A stretch of 64,000 nt of DNA from Octopus vulgaris (taxonomy: Eukaryota). Positions 25,920-37,466 of the stretch are shown piece after piece. Both the position numbers and the translations under genes were made by a program. Position 1 is the stretch's first letter. Each line of letters begins with the position of its first letter. Under the pieces are notes generated by a model. The model searched no databases and was not told where the DNA came from. It saw only the letters and a list, made by a program, of their open reading frames with translations. The DNA lies in contig OX597814.1 in the NCBI GenBank assembly GCA_951406725.2, forward strand, positions 22,320,001 through 22,384,000. The letters run 5' to 3'.

Positions 25920-27025
25920 TTTGAGTAGAAAGTGTGTACGCTCCATGTGAGTCCTGTTATTGTAAACCTCGATGGATAACTGAAGTCTTTACCAACTGAA
26001 CTGTGGACTATCTACTTCACTATGGAAGGGTATTGGTAGTAGTTTCTTTGACGTAAGTTCAATTGTTACACACTGTTACACACTGTTACTGTTACACACT
26101 GTTACTGTTACACACTTTTATTTTATGTTTGTGGTAGGTCTTCCCGCGCGGGAGAACCAAGATTCGTTGAATTGTTTAAATTGTTGAATTGTTGAATTTT
26201 CATTGCTGCGTTCTGCCTGCTTTTGAAAATTGTTGCTTCCTCATTATGGGTGAAGTGTGAGAAGAGTGAAATGGAACGTGTCGCAAGTTATTCATCCGCA
26301 ACTACACAAGGTATTACGACCAACACCCTTGAAGTTCACGAGATAAATATAGAGACAAAATAATGGGAAAAAGGAAACAAATTGTTACAAAAGGAAGGGG
26401 CCAGTTTAAAGCTGACCGAAAGAAGTGACGAAGAATGTAGCAAGGAAGATGGCCCTCTACAGGACGTTATCAACCACTACCAAGAAAATAGAGATTGCTC
26501 CAGTAGAGGCAATAGAGGAATGTCTAGGTGAAGTGAGAGGATTAACCACCTACTATACGCGTGGAAGAAAATACGGCACAGTGGGGGTTAGGTTCTCCAG
26601 TGACAAGGACGCTATTAACCACTCCACTGAGCCAATAAGGACACAAGAGTGGGTGCTGCCGATGTACTGTGGCAAACATTGCCAGAGTGAGAGTCAGCAA
26701 AGTTCCCCCACCGAGATCGAAGAGGTATGGCTGGTGACAGCAGTCATGCACGAAATGGCGGAAGATGCAAGGATTCTGAAGATAACCAGAACAAAGGAAG
26801 TTAATTGTTGGGCTACGGCCTTGAAATGATAATTCAAGTTGGGTTAAAAGACTTACATGGAATTGTAGAAGAGATTCTTCTACCAGAAGACATTACGCTA
26901 AGAGTGGGTGTGGGGGAAGACCTCCAACATGTTTTCTATGTAAGCAAAAATATTTTATGAAAGCAAAGTGCCTTCAGCAGGAAAGTGAAGTAGAACAGCA
27001 CGAAGAGCAGCCCACTGAAGTCTGA
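25920..27025 (+). mobile_element. 5' UTR plus decayed gag-like ORF1 of a retroelement (Tx1/L1-like)
   Basis: ATG at 26271 (MERVASYSSA), EECLG..YYTRGRKYGTVGVRF..LPMYCG..PTEIEEVWLV, then GRPPTCFLCKQKYFMKAKC (C-x2-C-x4-[H>F]-x4-C knuckle, 26930-26971). Contains frameshifts. Confidence 0.65.
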
Positions 27026-27886
27026 CGGTGTTTATAACTATTTTATTTGGCTTTTCTCTGAGTAAGGGAGAATATAATGATTCAACGTCACTTATACTAA
27101 AGTGTTATCATTATACCTAAAAACCCTAACTACAGTAATAACGTCATATAGACACATACGCATGGAACGCTATATTAATGACATGTATGTTGAATATTTT
27201 AATCGTGTCCTTTAAACCGCTATAAGAAACATAAATCAAAGATTACAGAAATGCATATTTATCTATGCTCAGTTGAAAAACAAACGTGAAGAGAAACATT
27301 TTCTTTTTAATTATTTTTTATTATATAAATATAACATTTTATATTATTTACAGTAAGACAGATAACTTTGTCGTGAAGAAAACGACTATAAATTCCTTAG
27401 CTAATTTCTTCTTTCTATCTAATACATTAACCAACAAATCAAAATAGATTTGTGATTAACTTAGACATGGCATGAAAATTTACCGATGTCTCAAAAGAGT
27501 GAGTGCCGTGGAGTTATGTGACAACCAACGAACACTGAAATATTTTCCAAAATCCAGGGTTTTTATAACTGCTCAACTTGACTTAAAAAGAATCGAAATC
27601 CATGACCAATATTCTTTTCGAAACTTCTAGAATCTTTATATGAGCAGTTATATTAACCAATGGAAAAAACGAAAATGATAATTCTTCGGCAAAGACATTA
27701 CGTCATATTGCCAATTCGCGCCACATTTCAAAATGGCTAAAATGGTTATTGCTACAGAAGAAAAGAAGTACTCCACTGTAGCCTTGATATTAGCGGAGTG
27801 GACACTACAACCTACTTACTGTGGCAAACGTCTTTTCTTGTAGTGTCAACTCTTTATAAAGGCCATGTGCCTTAATAAAAGAAATT

Positions 27887-28276
27887 GAGCTGGCAGGATA
27901 ATCAGCCCACCGGACAAAATGCTTCGCGGTATTTCGTCTGCCGCTACGTTCTGAGTTCAAATTCCGCCGAGGTAGACTATGCCTTTCATCTTTTCGGGGT
28001 CGATTAAATAAGTACCAGTTACGCACTGGGCTCGATATAATCAGCTTAATCCGTTTGTCTCTCCTTGTTTGTCCTCTCTGTATTTAGCCCCTTGTGGGTA
28101 ATAAAGAAATATGTATTTCGTCTGCCGTTACGTTGAGTTCAAATTCCGCCGCGGTCAACATTGCCTTTCACCCTTTCGGGGTCGATAAATTAAGTACCAT
28201 TTATGCACTGGAGTCAATATAATCGACTGTCCCCTCCCCCGAATTCCAGGCCTTGTGCCTATAGTAAAAAGGATTA
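27887..28276 (+). mobile_element. SINE family B, dimeric form
   Basis: Head plus two tandem cores (ttcaaattccgccg.ggtc..gcctttca.cctttcggggtcgat..aagtacca). Ends caggccttgtgcctatagtaaaaaggatta. Confidence 0.88.
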
Positions 28277-29149
28277 TATACATATTAACATATTTGTAAG
28301 TATACACATTAGTATTGAAAATTGAGATATGTATATATATGTGTGTGTGTGTGTGTGTGTTGTTTTTTGTTTAGAAGAGGAGAAAGAGAAAAACGGAGGA
28401 AGGGAGGAGAGAGTAGAAGAAAGTATGCTGATGCTAAATGGCCTCTCAAGATGTCACTTGTAGGAAGAAAAAGAAAAGAGCAAAGAGAAAGAAGAAAAAT
28501 GAAAGGGAAAGACAGAGAGAAAGAAGCTTCTTTTCAGTTTATAATTTGTATCGATGTGGTCAACTCTTTGAAATTCAATTTCAATTCAAAATGTTATTCT
28601 TTATTCAATCATTGATTTTGAAAGTCTCCCCCTCCCCTCCTTCCCTTATCATATACATATTAAAATGTTTGTAGATATAAACGTTTCTTTGTGATTGAAA
28701 AATGATTCTTAAGTAAGTATATTCACAATTATAAAGTATCAAATAAATCTAGAGTTCGAAGTTCAATGAAAATATACCTTCGCTCCAATGTTGATTGATT
28801 TAAAACGATTTGTTTGGAGAGGGTAACACTGGAGTATTCAAGTACTCGCATTATTTCTCCCCAGTCGTATTTTCCAGGAAAGTTAGCTGGGTACAGCGGC
28901 TGTGTAAGAAAACTGTGTTGTCCATAAATTGCTCCATTTGGAAGAGTGTTCATACATATTGTCCTTACTTTTCTTTCGAACGTATTGTTTTGGTGAGAAT
29001 TGTTTTTTTATAAAATGGTCATCCCTTCAACATTTCTAGAAGGGGAAGATTTTGAATTTTCCTTATCCACATATTTCTATATGTTTACTCAGTGGAATCT
29101 TGTGTCGTTCCTCTTGTGTGATGTTCAGCTCCATCGCCTTTATAATTCC

Positions 29150-29720
29150 ATCATTTATAAATTTTAAGGGGTAATTCTTTTTTTTTAAGAAACCTGTGAG
29201 CTCATTAATTCGGATTTGATGTATTTTGGGAGTCAATTAGTATCGTACAGATACGTCATGCCTTACTCTATGGGATGTTCCTTTTGATATGTGCGGGATA
29301 GCAAGAGTATCACACCTCCGTTTTTTTTTGTAAAATATCTCGGTTGTCACTGTGGAGTCGTGTATTTTTATGTGAATATCCAAGAATGGTAATTCATTAT
29401 AACTAGTTTCTGTCGTGAATTTGATAGATAAGTGAAGTATGTTGAGGATGTTATTAAATATTTGAAGATCTTCATTTGACCTGTCCAAAAAAATTAAGCG
29501 CTTCCATTCTGACGTACTTCTTGTAATTATTAAAAGCCTTCTCTATTTCATCGTAAAGCTTATTTTCTAGGAACCTCATGACTAGATTAGTATATTAGGG
29601 TGCAAACCTCGTCTCCTGAAACGTGTCCTTTATCTGTCGATATTATTTATCATCGAATCTAAACGTGTTCTCTTCTAGTACCAGACATGTAGCTTTGGCA
29701 ATGAAATCTATTTTGGAGAT
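29150..29720 (-). mobile_element. Penelope-like element RT fragment (decayed)
   Basis: LVLEENTFRFDDK*YRQIK..FAP*YTNLVMRFLENKLY..FNNILNILHLSIKFTTETSYNELPFLDIHI..TTEIFYK..HIKRNIP. IKFT..LPFLD is PLE-diagnostic. Confidence 0.85.
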
Positions 29721-29890
29721 GAACACCATTCGTCAGTGTGATCTGCTTGAAAAATTGTTGAGATATTAAGATTTTGTTTTAATTTGAAATCAATGGCCAC
29801 CATATACACAAATAAATTTTATCCTTCAATGCGGTGTTGAGCACTCATTCTCGTCGTTCGACATTCACGTTAATATATATATATGTATGT

Positions 29891-29988
<98 letters not shown>

Positions 29989-30199
29989 ACATACACGCGT
30001 GCGGGTTTATGTGTTTATGTACTAAGTATTAAACTTTTCTCTTTCTCTATAGACAATAACCCATGAGATTAGCGTTCGAGTATATATGAGTCTGCACGTG
30101 TGGTCACGCAAGTGCGTGTGATGTGTGTACTCGCTTACATTTACACAAAATTTTGTTCTCTCAAAAATTTTATTTCTCATTGCTAAACTTTTACGTTTT

Positions 30200-32100
30200 C
30201 GAAAGAAAATTTTATTTTCTTATTGCTTGATCCGTGGATTGAATTTTTTTCGACGTCTTGCTTCTGGGCAATAATTCCTATTTAATCCGAACGAAAAAGA
30301 TATGGTAATCTTACTTGTAAAAATCGTTGTAGGCATATTTGGAAACAATGCCAAGTGACAAAATTATCTTCCTTCATTTATAGTTCCTGATTTAATAGAA
30401 ATGGAAACAAAATAATTTCTGTAGCATGCTGTGATCTATTTACAATCTCTGTCTTTCAATGATTCCAAAATTTCTCGTTTTCTTGCTAGACAACTGCCAA
30501 ACATATTTCTCCGTATAAATGGAACTATAAATATTATATTTCTAAAGCTATCCTATCTGCTCTAGTTGCATTTATAATGTTCAATACTGGTATAGAAATC
30601 TTCCTTCATTATGCGTACTTTAAAAAAGATGTTATTTAATGAAACACTTTCTGCAACTGTGTATGATTGGCTATCAGAATTCTTGGATACGGTTTTAATT
30701 TTTGGTTGCTTTCACTTTTCTATTACTAATTCAACTCGAGAATTTGCTGAAAGAATGCTGTTTTTGAAAGGTGAAATGCATGTAGTACTTCAATGTTGCA
30801 CCAACAAATTTCGGTATATTGTTCTGAAAAATAATCGTTTCTACTCTTTGGGAGAAATTCATGTATTTACAGTAGTAATATTGTTTTCTACTCTAGACAT
30901 AAGGCCAGAACTTTTGCGGGAGAGGACCAGTCGATTACATCGACGCCAGTACGCAACTGGTACATAATTTATCGACCCCGAAACGATGAAAGGCAAAGAC
31001 GACATTGTTTATTATTTATAATAGTCAATCCATTTGTTCTCTGCAGACCGAATAAAATGTAAATTCCGAATTAAGAAGGTGGATCCAAATATGTGCCGAC
31101 CGAAAAAGACCTATGTTTACTAATAGTTACAATATCATAATCGAATATGTACACGGCAAGTCTCTTTGATTTCAGAAGCCTTCAGTAAATTCTTGTGATC
31201 TTCAGGAAGGCCATCACTTGTGAGCAACTCTTCCATATCTTCAGAGAAAGAACGTCTAGAACTATTTATTTATAAATACAACATGATTTTCCCCACTTCA
31301 ACACAATGCTTTAAGCGAACATTTTTATATATCAGCCATCAGCTTTACGTTGCTCTTTTGAATAACTGTAACAGACTGCACGAGCCATTTTGTTACTTTC
31401 TGTTGTGATTTTGCTGCACGAAGTTAGAGAATTTTTAAAAATAACAATTATAGAAAGCACGCAACTATATGCACTTCAAAACTAACACAAGTTGTTGAAA
31501 TAGAAACATCTACAAAAGCCTCAAATACGATCCCCAGAAAATGCTCCCTACTATTGTTGCAGCCCAGTGACATTTTTCGCAACTTCCTGTTTCTGAAGTT
31601 CGTTACATCTATTTTAGATTCATCCCTATTAACTGGCATGTCATTCTGAGTTGTATGTAGACCCTCTTATTGTATGATTTCGTTTCTATCTTTAAGGTCG
31701 GGTCTTTCGCCGAAATTGTGTTACAAATGAAGCATCGAATAAAGTTAATAGTACCTCTACAAATTTTATGTCGATGCCGACAAAGGTTCTCTTTACTCAC
31801 TGCCACTGCCGATCGTGAATTTATTGCGACTAACTGACGGCTGTGAGGTAACAACAATAGTCTACATTTTCATGTTGCTCTTGTTACTTTTGTAGATGTT
31901 CTTATTTCGGCTGTCTCAAAGCATTTCAGATTATGTTAGTTATTGTTGTTGGTTTTTTAGGACAGGGAGCTTTTAAATATATTTCATCTCTATATAAGAA
32001 ATATCGAACCTTTCCTTCTTCATATCACATGTCTCAGATTGTTCACTCGAGAGTATTTTATTAGGAGAGTATCAGGAATGGCCCTGTATGCTTCTGGTGT
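30200..32100 (-). mobile_element. Very old APE/RT LINE remnant (RTE-like)
   Basis: Weak traces only: GIIAQKQ..STDQ (~30230-30280) and an endonuclease-end-like LVAINSRSAV (~31800-31835). Confidence 0.35.
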
Positions 32101-33638
32101 TAATATTGCTTGCACCTTCAGAAATCATTTACTTTTGTAAAGAAGCTACGCTGTGAACTCTGTTACACATTTTACAGTGGATTTCCCGTCTACTGTTGCT
32201 AATGATGGAACAAAATAACTAATTCAAAGGAAAGTTCCATATCACATGGTTTAAGTGTGGTCAGACACTTTCAGTGATATCTTAGACATCTTTTCTATGC
32301 GTATTTCCAGGACACTTTGTTTTATGGAAATGCATATGAATAGGGATAGCTGTAGCTGTGTGGTTAAGACGCTTACTTTGTAACTAGGAAATTTTAGGTT
32401 CAATCCCATTGTGCAGTATCTTGGACAAGTGTCTTCTACTTAAGCTTCGGATTGATCAAAAGTGTGTAATTTAGTTTAGTACACGTCGACAATGTAGAAT
32501 CGCATTAGAGGGACAATTCCTGACTTAGGTGGTAGATTTAAGTTCCTCATTTAGTTTTATACCAATACTTGGTGCTTCAATAATTTAAGGGATATCCGCT
32601 TTGTTGCAAGGATTTAGCTCCCCGGCCTTCATCTCCTTTTTTTTGTTTCTTCCTCCAATCGTTGAATCCTTGAAAATGGGTCATTGCTGTTGTTCTACTT
32701 ATTTTAACTTAATTATAAAATCTTATTTAGTTCTCCACTCCACCTCCTAACATATTTCCTTTTGGGGTTGGATTTCCGCCTTCCACATGACAGATGATTG
32801 TGTTTCTTCGCTATTATTTCCGCCATCATGTTAAGTTTGTGTGCGTAAAGTTACTGGCTGGTACAATGAAGGTTTTTCATCACATATCATTTTTATTGCT
32901 GTTAATGCCTCCACTTTTATTGACAGTGTTATTATTGTCTGTTACTGTTGTTGTTTTCTCATGCGTCTACACTTATGTTTTTATTTAAAAAAAATTTTTG
33001 TCGTGTTGCTGTTCAAATTATTAATGTTATTTTGGAAAACGTTGCTAATACATGAGATGTTTGCATTTTTTCCCTAAATTGGCTACAACTATTTTTAGAA
33101 TCATTTTCCACCGTCACGACATACTGAAAATGATTTATTTTGTATTTGTTTATTTGGTATTTGATATTATTTCTCCCTGCCTCAAGGCAAAAAAGCAGAC
33201 ATAAAATTTCTTTCTCTGAATGGTAAGGTACATAATAGGTAAGTTCTTCCTCCTCTTCTTTGATATAGCAGCAACAAAATAAAATCTACAGTTCTAACAT
33301 TTGTAAGAAAAATCAAACATTATAAATAAAATCAATGGGAGTTATTTCAATACACGATTTTCTGAGCTAAAATATAAGAATAACAACAAAATCGAAGGTG
33401 ATGACGATGACGACGACGAAAGTTCTTTCTACTATAGGTACAGGGTCTGAAATTTTGTGGGAGGGGCTAGTCGATTACAAGGACCTAAGTGCTCCACTGG
33501 TACTTATTTTATCGACTCCCGAAGGATGAAAAGCGAAGACGTCCTGTGCGAAGTTTGAACTCAGAACTTAAGCGATCGGAAAAATTACTAGCAAACATCT
33601 TTTCCCTCATACTGACGATTCTGCCAGACTGCTACCTT

Positions 33639-33669
<31 letters not shown>

Positions 33670-33749
33670 CTTTTTCTAATTTAGATTCAAGGCTAGAAAA
33701 TTTGTAGTAGAAGGGAAGTCGACCAATCATTATAATGTGGAGAACACTG

Positions 33750-34632
33750 TATTACGAGAGGATATGATTGAGGAACAGAGAGACCTCAGGATAAGACTCG
33801 AGGATATAATGGTTACAAAGCAGAGACCAAACCGGTGAATTTGAGAAGCTTCGGCCCTAACAATGGGAAACGCGCGACCCAGAAGGTTGATGGGATCCTG
33901 AAATACATTCTAACAAAAGGTCTACTAGAAACAAGGGGCTTGATTAGATCAGTTTCAATTTTAGTAGGTGAACTTGTTAGAAAGAAAGAGAGGAAAGGAG
34001 GCAGACAGAAAGAGCCATGGTGGGAGCAGAGAAGTGATGGTGACATTAAAAGCTTGCATATAGATCTGAGTCGCATAGAAGAATGGTTCAAAGGACAATG
34101 AAAACGTGCTAAAGAAGGTGCAAGGGTATATCTTAAAATAAAATTCAAAATAGAAAAGAATGGGTTCAAATCTGTTATCGAGACCCTAAAACAACGCGTT
34201 TGGGCAAAAACATTAAAGCTGCAACGCAACACTGATCGCATATCACAGTTCCAGCAAAACAGGTTATTCACATATAACCAGAGGCAGTTTTTAATATACT
34301 TCCTGAAGCAGTAGAAACCTGCCAATTTTGGAATAACATCTGGAGACAAGAGGTTGCTCACAACGACGGTGTTGAGTGGATTCATTCCGTGAGATCCGAA
34401 CTCCATCGCCCTGAGACTCCACAACAGGACCATGTAGCATAACAACGGAATATGTAATTACACAAATAGGGGATGCAATAAGGGTGGAACACTTGCAGAA
34501 AACAGCACAGTTTGGAACCGCTCGAATACTCCGGAAGGTGCTCGAAAAATCAGAGGTGTTACCTTAGTTCATTGGTAGTGAACAGCTGACACCGCAGTAC
34601 ATCTACAACGTTAGAAGCTGTGCAAAGGCAAT
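33750..34632 (+). mobile_element. Older R4/Dong-like LINE: N-terminal region joined by a large deletion to its 3' end and TAA tail
   Basis: KEPWW..DIKSL..DLSRIEEW..ETLKQRVWAK..FQQNRLF..NQRQF..FWNNIW, then IRVEHLQKTAQFGTARILRKVLE (34478-34550), a short 3' UTR and (TAA)n. Confidence 0.75.
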
Positions 34633-34719
34633 AGTAATAATAATAATAATAGTAATAATAACAATAATAATAATAATAATAGTAATAGTAATAATAACAA
34701 CAATAATAATAATAATAAA

Positions 34720-37245
34720 TAGAAGTCACTGCAGCACCAACGGCAGAAGAATTGGAAGAATTCTGGAGAGAAATATGGTCGGCGAACGAACCACCAAAAA
34801 AAAGGAGTATCAAAATAACAAACTCGGCATCTGAACAACTTTGGACCCCCATAACAACTGAAGAGGTCACCCAGGCACTGCAAAGACTAAGCAACTGGAA
34901 GGCACCTGGGCATGACAAGATCCCCAACTTCTAACAGGAATGCACAAAAAGCTGGCTGAAAACTTTAACAACGTACAAGCAGAGCCAGAGACAATGCCTG
35001 AATGGCTCACGAAGGGGAAAACCAGCTTAATTCCAAAATCAAATGAAACAGAAAAACCAGAAAACTACAGACCAATAACCTGCCTCCCTACTATGTTCAA
35101 GGCATTTACTGCAGTGATATCACAAAGGCTGAACAAGCACCTGGACGAAAACAAATTGTTCCCAGAAGAGCAGAAAGGATGCCGCAAAGGCTCATATGGC
35201 TGTAAAGATCAACTAATGATTAATAAAGCCATAACTGAAGACAGCCACAGAAAGAAGAAAGGCCTCAGTATGGCCTGGATTGACTACAAAAAGGCGTTTG
35301 ATAGCATCCCCCACACATGGATCCTCGAAACACTAGCCATTAACAAAGTAGCACCAACAATCATAAAATTCATAGAGCACTCTATGAATAAATGGCAAAC
35401 AGTCCTACACCTCCAAACAAAAGAAGGACTCATGAAAACCAAAGACATCCCCATTAGAAGAGGAATATTCCAGGGAGACACGCTCTCTCCACTCCTTTTC
35501 TGCTTGGCACTGTCACCTCTATCTGATATGCTAAATAGAACTGGATGCGGATATAAATGTTACGGCAAAACGATCAGCCACCTTTTATATATGGATGACC
35601 TAAAACTATACGCTGCAAATGACAAACAGCTGGAAACACTATTAAAGACAGTTCATGGATTTACCAAAGAAATAGATATGAAATTTGGATTAGAAAAATG
35701 CGCCAAAGTAACCCTGAAAAGAGGAAAACTAGTTAAGAGTAACAACATCACACTAGATAAAACCAATGAAATAAAAGAATTAGACCAAAGCCAAACTTAC
35801 AAATACTTAGGAATCCATGAACTAGATAAGACACAACACACACAAATGAAATAAAAAATAAAAAAAGAATATTATAGACGAGTTAGATCAATACTAAACA
35901 CAGAGCTCAATGCTAAAAAACAAGATAATAGGTATCAACACTTTAGCTGTCCCAGTTATAAGTTACAGCTACAATATCCTTAACTGGACACGAAATGAAC
36001 TGACCAAAATAGATAGGAAAACAAGAAAAATAATGACGGGATCTAGGATGCATCACCCAAAATCTGACATAGGAAGACTATATATACAACGTATAGAAGG
36101 TGGTAGAGGCCTTATACAGCTGGGAAACTACTATAAAATAACCACCATAGGACTGCAAAAATATCTACTTCAGAAGGAAGGAAAACTGATCCAGATAGCG
36201 GCAAAACACGAGCAAAACAAAAAACTGTTCTCAGTATTTAAGGAAGCTGCCAAATACAAACAAGAAATCATACCACCTAATAAACATAAAGAAGAAGAAT
36301 AAGATGAAGAAACAACAAAAGCTATAAAACAAATGAAATCCAAACTAAAAATAGAACAGCAACGAACCATGATAAAACGATGGCAAGAAAAGCCCCTTCA
36401 TGGTAAATACTGGACTAAATTAAATGCAAAAGAAATAGACAAAGAAAAATCCCAGCAATAGTTGAGAAGCTCAGGACTCAAAGCAGAAACAGAGGGATTT
36501 TTAATTGCAGCACAAGACCAAAGCCTCCCCACCAGAAATTACCAAAAACATGTAATGAAAAGAAATATTACAAGTAACTGCAGAATATGTGGAGATGGAC
36601 AAGAAACAATAAATCATATTATCTCTAGCTGCCCAGTCCTGGCTAAGAAGGAATATATTCACAGACATGACAGAGTTGGAACCTACATACATTGGAAGCT
36701 ATGCCAACATTATGGAATAACAACAGAAAAAAGATGGTATAGGCACACACCAGAAAAGGTCACAGAAAACGAGAAAGCAACCATACTCTGGGATATGCCG
36801 ATACACACAGATAGAGAAATTAAGGCCAACAGACCAGATATAGTTGTCAGAGATCATGAAGAAAAAAATGCTTTCTAATTGATGTATCAATACCGGCTGA
36901 TGACAACGTGTCTCTAAAAGAAATGGAGAAACTCTCAAAATACAAAGACCTGGAAACAGAGGTAACTAGAATGTGGAATCTGAAAACAGAAACAATTCCT
37001 ATCATAGTAGGTGCATTAGGCATGATAAAAAAATATTCAGACAAATACATAACAAAAACACCAGGACTTACAAACACATATAACATACAGAAAATTGCAC
37101 TACTAGGCACTGCACACATCCTACGCAGAACACTTTCCATACAATAACCATCAGAGCATCACAACAAATCACAGCACATACCCAAGGCACACAGAGCTGC
37201 GCTCGGTAGTGAAGTGAAAGCACGCTATAAAAATAAAACTACTGA
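34720..37245 (+). mobile_element. R4/Dong-like non-LTR retrotransposon (RT, CCHC, restriction-like endonuclease), 5'-truncated with few lesions, in (TAA)n
   Basis: NWKAPGHD, NYRPITCLPT, WIDYKKAFDSIPH, GIFQGDTLSPLLF, YMDD (35588-35599), YKYLG, CRICG..ETINHIISSC, HRHD, NRPDIV, KEMEKLSKY, IPIIVGALG. ORF ends at 37147 and has about 6 stops/frameshifts. (TAA)n on both sides. Confidence 0.95.
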
Positions 37246-37466
37246 ATAATAATAATAATAATAATAATGATAGTCCTTTCAACAACAGGCATAAAACCTG
37301 AATTTTGTGGGGAGGGATATAGTCGATCACATCTCCAAGTACTCAAGTGATACTTAATTTACCGACCACGAGAGGATAAAAGACAAAGTTGACCTCGGCG
37401 TTCTAAGTGTAAATCTATCCAGTCGAACTTTGTCTTCATCCTTCTGGGGGTCGATAACAAAGTATC

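Noticed and set aside
34940-35854. 304-aa RT ORF as a domesticated or host gene
   Set aside because: It is a segment of one LINE ORF delimited by a frameshift and a nonsense mutation, with no sign of independent function.
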